A DNA stretch of 64,000 nt from Sedimentisphaeraceae bacterium JB056 (GCA_044440125.1 JBITAJ010000012.1:64001-128000); one strand, 5' to 3'. Counted from the stretch's first letter, positions 19,880 to 29,403 are shown. Notes: generated by a model not told the origin, from the sequence alone. Program-made: numbers and translations.

Positions 19880-21437
19880 TTTTAAGCTCGCTAATAAATT
19901 GCCCTTTTCCTGCGCATCGCAAAAGATGCAAAGGATGGTATTTATTTTTTGTTTCTTTTGCTAGGCATCCAATATTGCCGATATAGTTTGATAAGTTATG
20001 TATTGCGCTTTTACCTTTCATATCATTTGGTTCTTCATTGTTACTATGATTGGCTAAAACAACCTTTTCCTGAAGTTTTATTGCAAATTTTTTTAAATTT
20101 TCATGATAGCATTCTGCAATATCTTCTACCGCTTTTAATGGAATATGAAATCCATTTTCGAAATGATTTTTGTGTTGTTTTTTCTCGTGTAATTCTTTGT
20201 TAATCGGGTAGTAAGCGATTCTGTTGGTTAAATCCAATCCTCCACCCCAAATGCGTATATTCTGGTTTTGAAACATCACCGCACAATCTATTGTAGGTTT
20301 TATTTTGCCTGGTTCTATTAACATTTTGATCAATGCTTTTTTAAGTGTTGCCAATGCATCGCAATAAGTTAGCTTGTTATTTTGCTTATAATCGATATTT
20401 CTTATTTCAGGTAACCCTATGTGTTTAAGGATGCCGTTAAAGTAATTTCTTTCTGACAATATGATTTCTAGAAAATCATCTAATGCAATCACTGCGATTG
20501 GCATTGACATCGCCAAATGTATCAACGATAATTCTTTTAATCTGTCAATTGTTCTATTGTTTGTTGCTACAATATCATGATAACATTCTGGGATGATCAT
20601 AATTCGAGATGCTATTGTTTCATTTTCATGGTTTCGTATTACTGAGTCATGTAAAGCAAGATGAACTTGCATATATGGGGAAAACCATTCAGATAAAGTC
20701 ATTTGTACATTTATAAATAAAGCTTCCTTGCAATTTTTTAAATCTGTAAGCATGTTATTTACAGTTGTGTAATGAATATCTTCTATTTCCTTTGGAGGTA
20801 TGTTTTCGCCAATAATTTGAGAAATATCATCTTTTAAGGTTTTTAGCTTTCCTTCAATTTCCTCTTTATCTTGAAAGTAATCTTCAAATTTTTTTTCAGG
20901 TTGATTATTTGTAGTCTTTTTTATTATTTCTAAAAATACTTCTTTTATATTGTTTAATGCTTTGGTGTCAATTTGTATATCGTCCGGATTTGCAATTTGA
21001 ACTGATTGAATATTTTTAAGAGGGCTGTTTATTTTTCTTCTATCAACACCAAAGTACATAATCATTGCATTCTTATTTTGGCTAGTCAATCGACCTAGTT
21101 CATAGAATAACCAAGGGGACGAAATGTTTTCATGTGTTACAAATAATAATCCTAGAGAACTATCATTTAGTTCTTTTTCTAAGTTTACAACCCAATTGGA
21201 ACCCATCTCAATGTCAACAAAAGACACAAAAGTATTTTTATTCTTAAAGGTTTCACTAAAGAAAGTATTGAATTTTTCTGTAAGTTGTTTGCTATATTGA
21301 CCTGACCAACTTAAAAAACATTTTCCTTCAGATTGATTAGTAGCTTTGCACATCTCTAACATTACCTCAATAATTCGTTTTAGCATAAATTTATGAGAAT
21401 TACAACGTAAAAAACTGCAAATTTCATTGTAAGCCAT
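19869..21437 (-). CDS. TIR-domain protein with a large uncharacterised C-terminal region
   Basis: CFLSWSG...DIEMGSNW...LLFVTHENISSPWLFYELG (putative catalytic Glu113); true start may be an internal Met (codon 18, 26 or 29). Confidence 0.85.
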   Translation of the reverse strand: MAYNEICSFLRCNSHKFMLKRIIEVMLEMCKATNQSEGKCFLSWSGQYSKQLTEKFNTFFSETFKNKNTFVSFVDIEMGSNWVVNLEKELNDSSLGLLFVTHENISSPWLFYELGRLTSQNKNAMIMYFGVDRRKINSPLKNIQSVQIANPDDIQIDTKALNNIKEVFLEIIKKTTNNQPEKKFEDYFQDKEEIEGKLKTLKDDISQIIGENIPPKEIEDIHYTTVNNMLTDLKNCKEALFINVQMTLSEWFSPYMQVHLALHDSVIRNHENETIASRIMIIPECYHDIVATNNRTIDRLKELSLIHLAMSMPIAVIALDDFLEIILSERNYFNGILKHIGLPEIRNIDYKQNNKLTYCDALATLKKALIKMLIEPGKIKPTIDCAVMFQNQNIRIWGGGLDLTNRIAYYPINKELHEKKQHKNHFENGFHIPLKAVEDIAECYHENLKKFAIKLQEKVVLANHSNNEEPNDMKGKSAIHNLSNYIGNIGCLAKETKNKYHPLHLLRCAGKGQFISELKNEL

Positions 21438-21578
21438 AATTTATATACAAAAATATATTAATAGACTATAGCAAATGTGCAATATTATTTTGGTATTTTT
21501 TAATAAGCTTATTAAAAAAATTAAATTGTATTAAAAGTAAACATAAGGTATAGTTTGGGGCTACTCTATAATTAGCCA

Positions 21579-21613
21579 AAATGAATTGGCTAGTGTTATC
21601 ACATAGCCAATTC
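21579..21613 (-). terminator. Terminator after the exonuclease gene; marks the right edge of the AT-rich island
   Basis: GAATTGGCTA/TAGCCAATTC 10-bp stem followed by ATTTT on the minus strand. Confidence 0.65.
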
Positions 21614-21621
21614 TAAGACTT

Positions 21622-22302
21622 TTAACTGAGGTTTGGCATTCTTGAGAGGGTTTTGCCTGTTGGTTTGAGGTTGAAGTTTTCGCAGGTTGGCAGGGGTGAG
21701 TTTTCAAAGCTGTCGATGAATTTATAGCGTTTAAGTAGGGATAAGTGTTTGTATGTTTTGATGTTACGTTGCCTCATCTGCTCGAAATACACATCCATCA
21801 GCTTTGCTGAAGCCAAAGCATCAGCTCCGGCGGTGTGGGCATTTTCAAGCGTGATATTATGCTTCTGACAAGCGAGATCAAGGCTGCACCTATCGCCTAT
21901 ATCAAGCATCTTTCGCATGTACATAAGGCAAAAATGCGGTACTTCCCAGTCAACACCCGCCATAGCAAGCTCATGTCTGAGGAATTTGATATCGAAATAG
22001 ACATTATATGCCGCTACCATACAGCCCGAAAGTGAGTCTACAAAATCTCCGGCTATCTCTTCGAATACAGGAGCATCTTCAACGTCTGAGTTTCTGATGC
22101 CGTGAATATATGTTGCCCCAACGTTGCGGCAGGGGTTTACGAGCGTATCAAAAGCGATATAGGGTTCTTTGCCCGGTTCAACTTTTACAACAGATACCTC
22201 AACAACGCGATCGTTGCCAGGCATCATGCCTGTTGTCTCAAAGTCGATAACGGCTATCGGCAGTTCTTCTATGTTGTGGTTGTATACGCCTGATTTTGTC
22301 AT
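21622..22302 (-). CDS. DEDDh 3'-5' exonuclease (DnaQ/Pol III epsilon-like)
   Basis: VIDFETTG, IHGI, AYNVYFD, AHTAGADA. Confidence 0.9.
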   Translation of the reverse strand: MTKSGVYNHNIEELPIAVIDFETTGMMPGNDRVVEVSVVKVEPGKEPYIAFDTLVNPCRNVGATYIHGIRNSDVEDAPVFEEIAGDFVDSLSGCMVAAYNVYFDIKFLRHELAMAGVDWEVPHFCLMYMRKMLDIGDRCSLDLACQKHNITLENAHTAGADALASAKLMDVYFEQMRQRNIKTYKHLSLLKRYKFIDSFENSPLPTCENFNLKPTGKTLSRMPNLS

Positions 22303-22320
22303 TGGTTCTTTTTCGTGAGA

Positions 22321-23976
22321 TTAAAACTTGGCCGGCGGCATTTGCGTGCGATAATGATTTGTTATCGGAAGTCGCCTGTCGCGACCGAATGCCTTTGGCG
22401 TGATCTTTATACCCGGAGGCGATTGACGTCTCTTATATTCGTTGCAGTCGATGAGCCTTATTACCCTGTTGATTTCCGCGGCATCGTAGCCAAGCTCGTT
22501 TACAATCTCCTGCGCAGAGCAATCCATCTCCACATAATGGGTTACTATCGAGTCGAGCATATCGTAGTCTGGCAGTGAATCGGTGTCTTTCTGATCAGGT
22601 CGAAGCTCCGCGCTCGGTGGCCTTGTTATCGTGCTTACAGGGATAACCTCACGGCCTGCGTGTTCGTTTACGTATTCGCTGAGCTTGAAGACAAGCGTTT
22701 TAGGCACATCTTTTATGATCGCAAATCCGCCGGCGGTATCGCCATACAGAGTTGAGTAGCCGACCGCGGTTTCGCTTTTATTGCCGGTGGTAAGCACCAT
22801 GTAGCCGAACTGATTGCTGAGTGACATAAGCATTGTGCCGCGGATACGTGCCTGAAGGTTTTCGTAGGCGGTTTTCGAGTCGTCCCAGCCGTCAACCAAG
22901 CCCAATACATTGTGAAACTCGCCTAAAGTATCGGCAATTGGTATGGTGTGGAATTCGATTCCCAGATTCTGGGCCAGAAGCCCCGCGTCGCTTATGGTAT
23001 CGGAGCTGTTGAATTTCGACGGCATTGTGACGCCGATTACGTTTTCCTTGCCAAGAGCTTCTACGGCGATTGCCGCTACGAGAGCTGAATCAATACCGCC
23101 GCTGAGACCCATTATTATTTTCTTAAACCCACTTTTTCGCACATAGTCGCGGGTTCCCAGCACCAAAGCTCCATAAACTTCCTCAACAGTTTTTCTTGGC
23201 TGAGCCGCCTTGTCCTGACAAGGCTCTATCATTGCCTTGCCCGAATCATCGAGCGTTATGTTTGCAGAAATCATATCTTCGTCGAATACAGCGGCCTTGC
23301 TCAAAACGACGCCGGCAATGTTCGTAAACATGCTTCTGCCGTCAAAGACCAGCTCATCCTGACCGCCTACCATGTTGCAGTATGCTATAGGGGTATCAAA
23401 TCTGCCGGCGGCTTTTGCGATTATGCGTTTTCTTTCTTCGATTTTCCCTTTGTGGAATGGTGATGCAGAGAGGTTGAGCAGAAGGTGCTTGTCTTCTGTT
23501 GCCTCCACTATCGAGGCGATTTTTTCAGTTTGCCATATATCTTCGCATATCGTTACTGCGATTTTGACACCGTCTGTTACGAACGAAACCGGTTTGTTTC
23601 CCGGCACAAAATAACGCCTCTCATCGAACACGCCGTAGTTGGGCAGCAATTTTTTATGGTACACATCGACGATTTTGCCGTCAGTGATTATAGCTGCCGC
23701 ATTGTAGCATTCGTCACCAAGCGGCTGAGCAAACCCTACTATAAGGGTCTTTTTATTGCATCTGTCGGCAACTGCCTGAAGGCCGAGGGTGTTATGATCG
23801 AGGAAGTGCTTTTTAAGCAGTAAATCTTCCGGCGGATAGCCGCACAATGCGAGTTCTGGAAACACAACGACATCGGCGCCGTCAGCTATCGCTTTATCGT
23901 AATATTCAACGATTTTGCCGATATTATAGCCGAAATCGCCAACTATGGGGTTTATCTGTGCAAGTGATATCTTCAA
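22321..23976 (-). CDS. nadE: Glutamine-dependent NAD+ synthetase
   Basis: Nitrilase domain (FPEL, LPNYGVFDE, ICEDIW) plus GLSGGIDS, ENLQARIRG, TGNKSE, EYKRRQ. Confidence 0.97.
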   Translation of the reverse strand: MKISLAQINPIVGDFGYNIGKIVEYYDKAIADGADVVVFPELALCGYPPEDLLLKKHFLDHNTLGLQAVADRCNKKTLIVGFAQPLGDECYNAAAIITDGKIVDVYHKKLLPNYGVFDERRYFVPGNKPVSFVTDGVKIAVTICEDIWQTEKIASIVEATEDKHLLLNLSASPFHKGKIEERKRIIAKAAGRFDTPIAYCNMVGGQDELVFDGRSMFTNIAGVVLSKAAVFDEDMISANITLDDSGKAMIEPCQDKAAQPRKTVEEVYGALVLGTRDYVRKSGFKKIIMGLSGGIDSALVAAIAVEALGKENVIGVTMPSKFNSSDTISDAGLLAQNLGIEFHTIPIADTLGEFHNVLGLVDGWDDSKTAYENLQARIRGTMLMSLSNQFGYMVLTTGNKSETAVGYSTLYGDTAGGFAIIKDVPKTLVFKLSEYVNEHAGREVIPVSTITRPPSAELRPDQKDTDSLPDYDMLDSIVTHYVEMDCSAQEIVNELGYDAAEINRVIRLIDCNEYKRRQSPPGIKITPKAFGRDRRLPITNHYRTQMPPAKF

Positions 23977-24013
23977 TTTATCGCCTTGGTACTTATCAAA
24001 ATTTAATATATTA

Positions 24014-24802
24014 TTATGCTACATCTCTGAGTTTTTGTATGCTCTCTGAGTCTTCCTTTTTACTCCATCGTATGTATTCTGCGCCACAACTATCTAATGC
24101 ATTAATATATTCGTCTTTAATTTCTGTCTCGATATCATTAATGACAGCCAAGCCTATAATATTCTTTTCTGTTTGTTTTTCTCTTACCCTTTTTATATCT
24201 TCCCATGTAAACAAAAATTGAGGCAAATTCATTTTATTAATTGAATTGAATGATTTAATTACTATTTCTGTTTTTTTGTATGCGATTTGAAAATCAAAAG
24301 TAAATTCTAACCCAGTACTTCCCTTTGATATGAAATGTGGAGTGTAGATTATTTCATGATCATCAAGATAAGATTTAACATCTTCCCTAAATACAGATGA
24401 TACAGTATGTTTTGCTAGGCAGTAAAGGTCATTAATTTCTGAAATCGCAGATATTATATTCAATTTTTTTTGCGGAAAATTTTTTTCATTTGCTTCAGCA
24501 ACAAGCTCTTTATCCAAAAGCTTAATGTCATAATTTAATAAAATTTTATCTAAAATCTGTTTTCTTTTTTGCGACCTCATTATTTCCATGCCATAAAGCT
24601 CTAAATTTCGTAATGTATTTCCATCATCAGATAGGAAAATTTTATTCTTGTCTTTTTTTGCATAAATATCTAATGTGTCATTGAATGAACTCGTGAACGG
24701 AGTACTTATTTCAACCCATTCAGAGCTGTTACTTGTAGAAAGGACAGTATTTTCCTTTAAGAATGAATAATAATTATTCATTAATTCTTCTATCCAGTTC
24801 AT
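24014..24802 (-). CDS. DUF1828/DUF1829-type protein
   Basis: EISTPF...LSDDGNTL N-terminal domain and GSTGLEFTFDFQI C-terminal nuclease-like region; AT-rich. Confidence 0.75.
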   Translation of the reverse strand: MNWIEELMNNYYSFLKENTVLSTSNSSEWVEISTPFTSSFNDTLDIYAKKDKNKIFLSDDGNTLRNLELYGMEIMRSQKRKQILDKILLNYDIKLLDKELVAEANEKNFPQKKLNIISAISEINDLYCLAKHTVSSVFREDVKSYLDDHEIIYTPHFISKGSTGLEFTFDFQIAYKKTEIVIKSFNSINKMNLPQFLFTWEDIKRVREKQTEKNIIGLAVINDIETEIKDEYINALDSCGAEYIRWSKKEDSESIQKLRDVA

Positions 24803-25320
24803 TGTAACCTCATTTGTAAATGTAAGTCTATATTGGTACGAACATTAATTATATCAAAAAAACTTTTCAATACAGGTATTATACCATGCTGTCTACTAAT
24901 ATCTTTTATTCTGAAATTATCTTTATCTAATGGAATTGCCCAAACAAGTTGTTTATAACCATCAACAACATAGTGGATATGGCCAGGCTTTTTATCCAAA
25001 TATATGCCTGCATATGGTTTAAACTTTTCAGGAACAGATTCAAGAACAACTTCTGGATTTTTATGCCGTTGATGGTAGTCAATACGTAATAAACCGTGTT
25101 TTGTTATATCATCTAAATGGTGTAATGATATTTTAAGTGCCTTTTTTTCACTTTCTTTGATGTCTACAATAAATACTTGCTCTGAGTCATCGCTTGATAC
25201 AAGATCCAGTCGTAATCTTATTGGGCTTTCAAGTTTAATGATTTTGGTATCAATTATTTTACCTTTTTCAATTACATGTTTGTCCAGATTTATTAGATTT
25301 GTAGCTGTCTGTGCATCCAT
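24799..25320 (-). CDS. DUF6978-like hypothetical protein
   Basis: LLRIDYHQRHKNP...GHIHY motif; ATGA-coupled to the DUF1828-type gene. Confidence 0.6.
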   Translation of the reverse strand: MDAQTATNLINLDKHVIEKGKIIDTKIIKLESPIRLRLDLVSSDDSEQVFIVDIKESEKKALKISLHHLDDITKHGLLRIDYHQRHKNPEVVLESVPEKFKPYAGIYLDKKPGHIHYVVDGYKQLVWAIPLDKDNFRIKDISRQHGIIPVLKSFFDIINVRTNIDLHLQMRLQ

Positions 25321-25334
25321 TTGTTTGACCTATA

Positions 25335-25919
25335 TTAAAACTTAACTTCGGGGACTTCTGTTTTTGCCTGTTCGGTGGCCTCGAAGTATGGGGCTTCTTC
25401 AACATTGGCGATCGAGCAGAAGAAGGAACCAAATAGGCTGCGGCGGTAGCTGTTGAGGGCTGTTGCCGCCTCATTATACCGCTTTCTTTCTACGCTGATG
25501 CGGTTTTCTGTGCCTTCAAGGCTGTCCATAAGAGCCATGAAGCTCTGATCGGCCTTGAGGGTTGGATAGTTTTCCTGAAGCATCAGCAGTCTTGAAAGTA
25601 CGCCGCTGAATTCATTGGCCGCGTTGATCTTGCTTGCTCTGTCGGCATTGGTGAAATATTTTGTACGCGCTTCTGCAAGCGATTCGAATATCCCTTTTTC
25701 GTGCTCGGCATAGCCTTTTACGGTGTTGACGAGATTTGGGATAAGATCGAAACGCCTTTGAAGATTTGTGTCAACATTCGACCATGCCTGCTTGACTTGC
25801 TCGTCCATTGCAACGGCTTTATCATAGCCGCTGCGGAACCACGAGAATATCGCGATGCCTATGATAAGTATTACAGCAAGTGTTATAAGTAAGAATTTTC
25901 CAATTCCGCCGTGACGCAT
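25335..25919 (-). CDS. lemA: LemA family protein
   Basis: QRRFDLIPNLVNTVKGYAEHE, ENYPTLKA, LEGTENRISVERKRYN. Confidence 0.95.
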   Translation of the reverse strand: MRHGGIGKFLLITLAVILIIGIAIFSWFRSGYDKAVAMDEQVKQAWSNVDTNLQRRFDLIPNLVNTVKGYAEHEKGIFESLAEARTKYFTNADRASKINAANEFSGVLSRLLMLQENYPTLKADQSFMALMDSLEGTENRISVERKRYNEAATALNSYRRSLFGSFFCSIANVEEAPYFEATEQAKTEVPEVKF

Positions 25920-25934
25920 AGCTCTCTCCTTTAA

Positions 25935-26231
25935 TTAGCTTTTTCTAAAAACTGCTACAATATTGTCTACATCGACAACAAAAAGGCGATTATCGCCCTC
26001 AAAATCCACAGGAATTGCTCCCTTGGGATTGAAAAGTACCTTGTCATATTGCTGGAGTGGTATCTCCGGGCAGTTTTCAACTTCGGTTGACACCGTGATG
26101 ATACGACCGGTTATTGTCGGTATTTCGATGTTGTCGGGCAGTTGAATGCCGCCTTTTGTTTGTTTTTTATCTTCGTCTTTACGGATAAGTATTCGTTTTC
26201 CGATAGGCTCTACTGTCTCAAATTCTGTCAT
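25935..26231 (-). CDS. groES: Co-chaperonin GroES family protein (no adjacent groEL)
   Basis: EPIGKRILI...TKGGIQLPD mobile-loop pattern; 98 aa. Confidence 0.8.
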   Translation of the reverse strand: MTEFETVEPIGKRILIRKDEDKKQTKGGIQLPDNIEIPTITGRIITVSTEVENCPEIPLQQYDKVLFNPKGAIPVDFEGDNRLFVVDVDNIVAVFRKS

Positions 26232-26443
26232 AATAAAATCCTGATCTATAAAGAGTTATGATTTTTATTCTGTTTAATTCATAATAGGGACATCATGACG
26301 CACCGGTAAATTTACTTTTAAGATGCGGCAAATATCACTCCAATCCCACATTATCGCAATTTTGACATATTTTTCAATATAATTGGACAGCTTTTTTATC
26401 GCCGCTGGTTTTCTGTTGGCGAAATAGAGATTGATATTTGTTT

Positions 26444-26520
26444 TTTGACAGGATTACAGGATTTACATGATTGTTGGGGATACCCAAATTGTAGAGACGC
26501 GATTAATCGCGTCTCTACGG
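26444..26520. repeat. Composite repeat copy 1: ACAGGATTT-type tandem plus perfect 28-bp palindrome (26491-26518)
   Basis: GTAGAGACGCGATTAATCGCGTCTCTAC preceded by GACAGGATTACAGGATTTACATGATTGTTG. Confidence 0.9.
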
Positions 26521-26537
26521 AGATGATTTTCTATGAT

Positions 26538-28025
26538 TTAGTCGGCCGGTACACATCTTCCTTCTGCCCATTGGTACAGATTGGCAATTTTTTCCCGCAT
26601 TGTTACCGACAGCGGCGGCGATGTCTGCAACACTTTTACAATCATTTCTGTTGTCAGATCAGTTTTTCTTGCAAAGGATTTATGCAATGCCGAAAGAATC
26701 GCCTGTTCAATTTCTGCACCGCTGAAGCCGTCTGATTCTTTTACTAACAGGCTGACATCAAAGTCTTCGGGTTTTTGCTTGCGTTTTTTAAGGTGGATTT
26801 CGAAGATCCTTTCTCTTGCCTCGGCCTTTGGCAGGCCAACGAAGAAAATTTCGTCAAATCTTCCCTTTCTTAAAAGCTCAGGGGGAAGTGCCTCTATGTC
26901 GTTTGCGGTTGCGATTACAAATACCGGTGTTTTGTGCTCCTGCATCCATGTCAGCAGTGAGCCGAACATTCTTCTGCTCAGTCCGCCGTCACTTGACTGG
27001 CTTGAGGCCCCGGCGAATGCTTTCTCTATCTCGTCTATCCATAAAATCACTGGCGACATAAATTCTGTCTGCCTCAGCGCATCACGCAGATTCTTTTCCG
27101 ATTGGCCGATATAGCTGTTGTAAAGTACGTTGGGATCGAGTCTTAGCAAAGGCTGTTTCCATGCTGTAGATACGGCTTTTGCGCATAAACTTTTTCCCGC
27201 TCCCTGCACGCCGAGCATAAGAACGCCTCTTGGTACATCCAATCCGTATTCGCTTGCCTTGTCACTGAATGCCGCCTTACGGTGTTTGAGCCATTTTTTG
27301 AGGTTGTTCATGCCGCCGATTTCTTTCAAATCCAGAGGCGATTGTATGAATTCCAGAAGCCCTTCTTTTTGAAGCATCTTTCGTTTACCGGCTATCACGG
27401 TGTTTACGTCATTGTCGTCAAACATCTTATCTTCGGCGACGCAGTCTTTTACGAGTTGTTTTGCCTGCCTTCTTGTCAATCCCCGCAAGTTGCGGACAAC
27501 TGCGTCCATTCCGCGTTGTGTTATACCCACTTCGATTGGATTGCAACTGTGGATTTCTCTTAAAGTCTGCTTTACAAGATTGACCAGTTCATCTTCTTTG
27601 GGCAGTGAAATGTCATAGGTTTTTGCGTATGATTTGAGTACTTCCGGGAGGGTGTCTTGGCTTTCGATGAGAATTAAAACGCCGTTGTTTTTTTCTAATT
27701 TAGCGAGAGTATCCCTCATTATTCGCAGATTAAGCTTGTCTTCTAAATGTGAGACTAAATCCAGTGCTACGCAGATTTTATCGTCACCATTCATTGCGAA
27801 ATGGCAAAGTCCCAATGCAGGTTTGTCTGTGTCTTCGTATGCCTCTGATTCGGCCATCATGCCGTCTCTAACTCCATAGCCCAGTGACCAGATGCACATC
27901 GATTTTTTAAGCTCGAGCGTTGTCTGAACTAATATGTCCAATGTGTCACGTTCCTCGTGGGTTTCGATATAGATAAAACGGTTTCCGCCTTGTATCAGTT
28001 TTGCGATTTCCAAATAATCCTGCAT
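26538..28025 (-). CDS. AAA+ ATPase, Ycf46-like
   Basis: GVQGAGKS Walker A, LWIDEIEK Walker B, LPPELLRKGRFDEIFFV. Confidence 0.9.
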   Translation of the reverse strand: MQDYLEIAKLIQGGNRFIYIETHEERDTLDILVQTTLELKKSMCIWSLGYGVRDGMMAESEAYEDTDKPALGLCHFAMNGDDKICVALDLVSHLEDKLNLRIMRDTLAKLEKNNGVLILIESQDTLPEVLKSYAKTYDISLPKEDELVNLVKQTLREIHSCNPIEVGITQRGMDAVVRNLRGLTRRQAKQLVKDCVAEDKMFDDNDVNTVIAGKRKMLQKEGLLEFIQSPLDLKEIGGMNNLKKWLKHRKAAFSDKASEYGLDVPRGVLMLGVQGAGKSLCAKAVSTAWKQPLLRLDPNVLYNSYIGQSEKNLRDALRQTEFMSPVILWIDEIEKAFAGASSQSSDGGLSRRMFGSLLTWMQEHKTPVFVIATANDIEALPPELLRKGRFDEIFFVGLPKAEARERIFEIHLKKRKQKPEDFDVSLLVKESDGFSGAEIEQAILSALHKSFARKTDLTTEMIVKVLQTSPPLSVTMREKIANLYQWAEGRCVPAD

Positions 28026-28155
28026 AAATCTCTCCTGTAATACCTGCTCAAAATAACAACAACAAAATTGTTATTGCACCTTATATCATAATTCAAATAG
28101 TTTGCGATGCAATTCAAAACCTATAAAAAAATTTGAAAAGGCGTATTCAGATAGT

Positions 28156-28232
28156 TTTGACGGGATTGCAGGATTTACAAGATTGTTGAGAATATCCAAA
28201 TTGTAGAGACGCGATTAATCGCGTCTCTACGG
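28156..28232. repeat. Composite repeat copy 2 (palindrome 28203-28230)
   Basis: Same orientation and upstream context as copy 1. Confidence 0.9.
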
Positions 28233-28241
28233 GGCATTTTG

Positions 28242-28547
28242 TCAAATCTCAGTGAATGAACCAAACGCAAGTAATAGTCCGAGTAGTCCCCATAGTATTA
28301 TCATAAATATGAGAGATGTGTTTAATAGAAAACGAATACGTTGGTATCTTCTTTTCTCTTGCTCATTTATCGTTTCTATGATAAGTTTTTTCATTTGTTT
28401 CTGTTCTTTAATGAAACTCCATGAAAAAATATTGAACCGGATCAGATTTTTGTTTGCGAGAATTATTTTTTGCAAGTATGTTAATATGAAGTTAAATAAC
28501 GAGATGCATATAAATAATCCTAAAATAATTTTTAATTCTATGCTCAT
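28242..28547 (-). CDS. Small hypothetical membrane protein
   Basis: 101 aa, two hydrophobic segments, AGGA RBS; AT-rich. Confidence 0.6.
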   Translation of the reverse strand: MSIELKIILGLFICISLFNFILTYLQKIILANKNLIRFNIFSWSFIKEQKQMKKLIIETINEQEKRRYQRIRFLLNTSLIFMIILWGLLGLLLAFGSFTEI

Positions 28548-28576
28548 AATAAAATCCTAAGCGGTTCATTTTGATG

Positions 28577-29266
28577 TTAGATAATCGGTTCCTTTTTGCC
28601 GAGGAATTTAGGGGATTTGTTTGTGATGTATAAATCGGCAAACATTTTACATCGTGCGAATGATTCTCTTGCGAACATTTTGAGTTTCTTGTCGTTGTCG
28701 GTTACGTTGTTTGCGTTGAAGGCGATCGCCTTGATTCCGTTATGCTCCGCTATATACACCGCACGGCTGTTGTGGAATTCCTGGGATATGATGGTTATTT
28801 CATCAAGGCAGAATATTTCTTTCGCCCTTACTATCGAATCCAGTGTTCTAAAGCCAGCGAAATCACACGTAATATCTTCCTGCGGCACACCTCGTTCGAT
28901 CAGTGCCTGTCTCATATCTTTCGGCTCGTTATAACCTTTGCGGCTGTTGTCACCGCTGACCAATATATGCTCGATTTTACCTTGTTTGTAGAGCTCCGCG
29001 GCGGCATTGACGCGGTGAAGAAAATATAGATTGAGCCGGCCGTCCTGAACATATTTGCAAGTACCCAGCAATAAGCCGACTTTATTATGCGGCACATCTT
29101 TGGTGTCATCAAAGAGCTTGCTTTGTGTGGCAGATGTCACCGTTTTATAAACACATAATGGCGCAACTACAGCAATGATTATCGCGAATATTACCAACGT
29201 AATCACGCTTTTAATTTTTCTCCGTATAAATTGTGGGATAAACATAATCCGACTCTTTCCAAACAT
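28577..29266 (-). CDS. SanA/YdcF (ElyC) family protein
   Basis: LLLGT, LVSGDNS, YNEP, DFAGFRTLDS, SQEFHNSRA. Confidence 0.9.
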   Translation of the reverse strand: MFGKSRIMFIPQFIRRKIKSVITLVIFAIIIAVVAPLCVYKTVTSATQSKLFDDTKDVPHNKVGLLLGTCKYVQDGRLNLYFLHRVNAAAELYKQGKIEHILVSGDNSRKGYNEPKDMRQALIERGVPQEDITCDFAGFRTLDSIVRAKEIFCLDEITIISQEFHNSRAVYIAEHNGIKAIAFNANNVTDNDKKLKMFARESFARCKMFADLYITNKSPKFLGKKEPII

Positions 29267-29345
29267 ATAATGGTTGATTATATCAATAAAAAGAGTTTGG
29301 TAAATATTATTTTGATTCTATGTTTGTTTTCTGCAGTTCCGTAAA

Positions 29346-29379
29346 CATCCGAATTGTAGAGACGCGATTAATCGCGTCT
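29346..29379. repeat. Truncated copy 3 of the GTAG palindrome (29356-29379)
   Basis: CATCCGAATTGTAGAGACGCGATTAATCGCGTCT; right end eroded. Confidence 0.85.
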
Positions 29380-29403
29380 ATTGCGGATAATTTATTGCGA
29401 CAT

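Noticed and set aside
21622..23976. nadE and the exonuclease as members of the TIR system (NAD+ replenishment)
   Set aside because: Host-like composition and separated from the island by a terminator; adjacency is probably coincidental unless seen in other genomes
25935..26231. Orphan groES as a novelty
   Set aside because: Extra stand-alone GroES paralogues are not unusual, and nothing further in the sequence supports a special role
26445..26735. 96-aa ORF, and likewise the short ORFs at 10324-10590 and 55474-55778
   Set aside because: They are translations of REP-like repeats or antisense overlap
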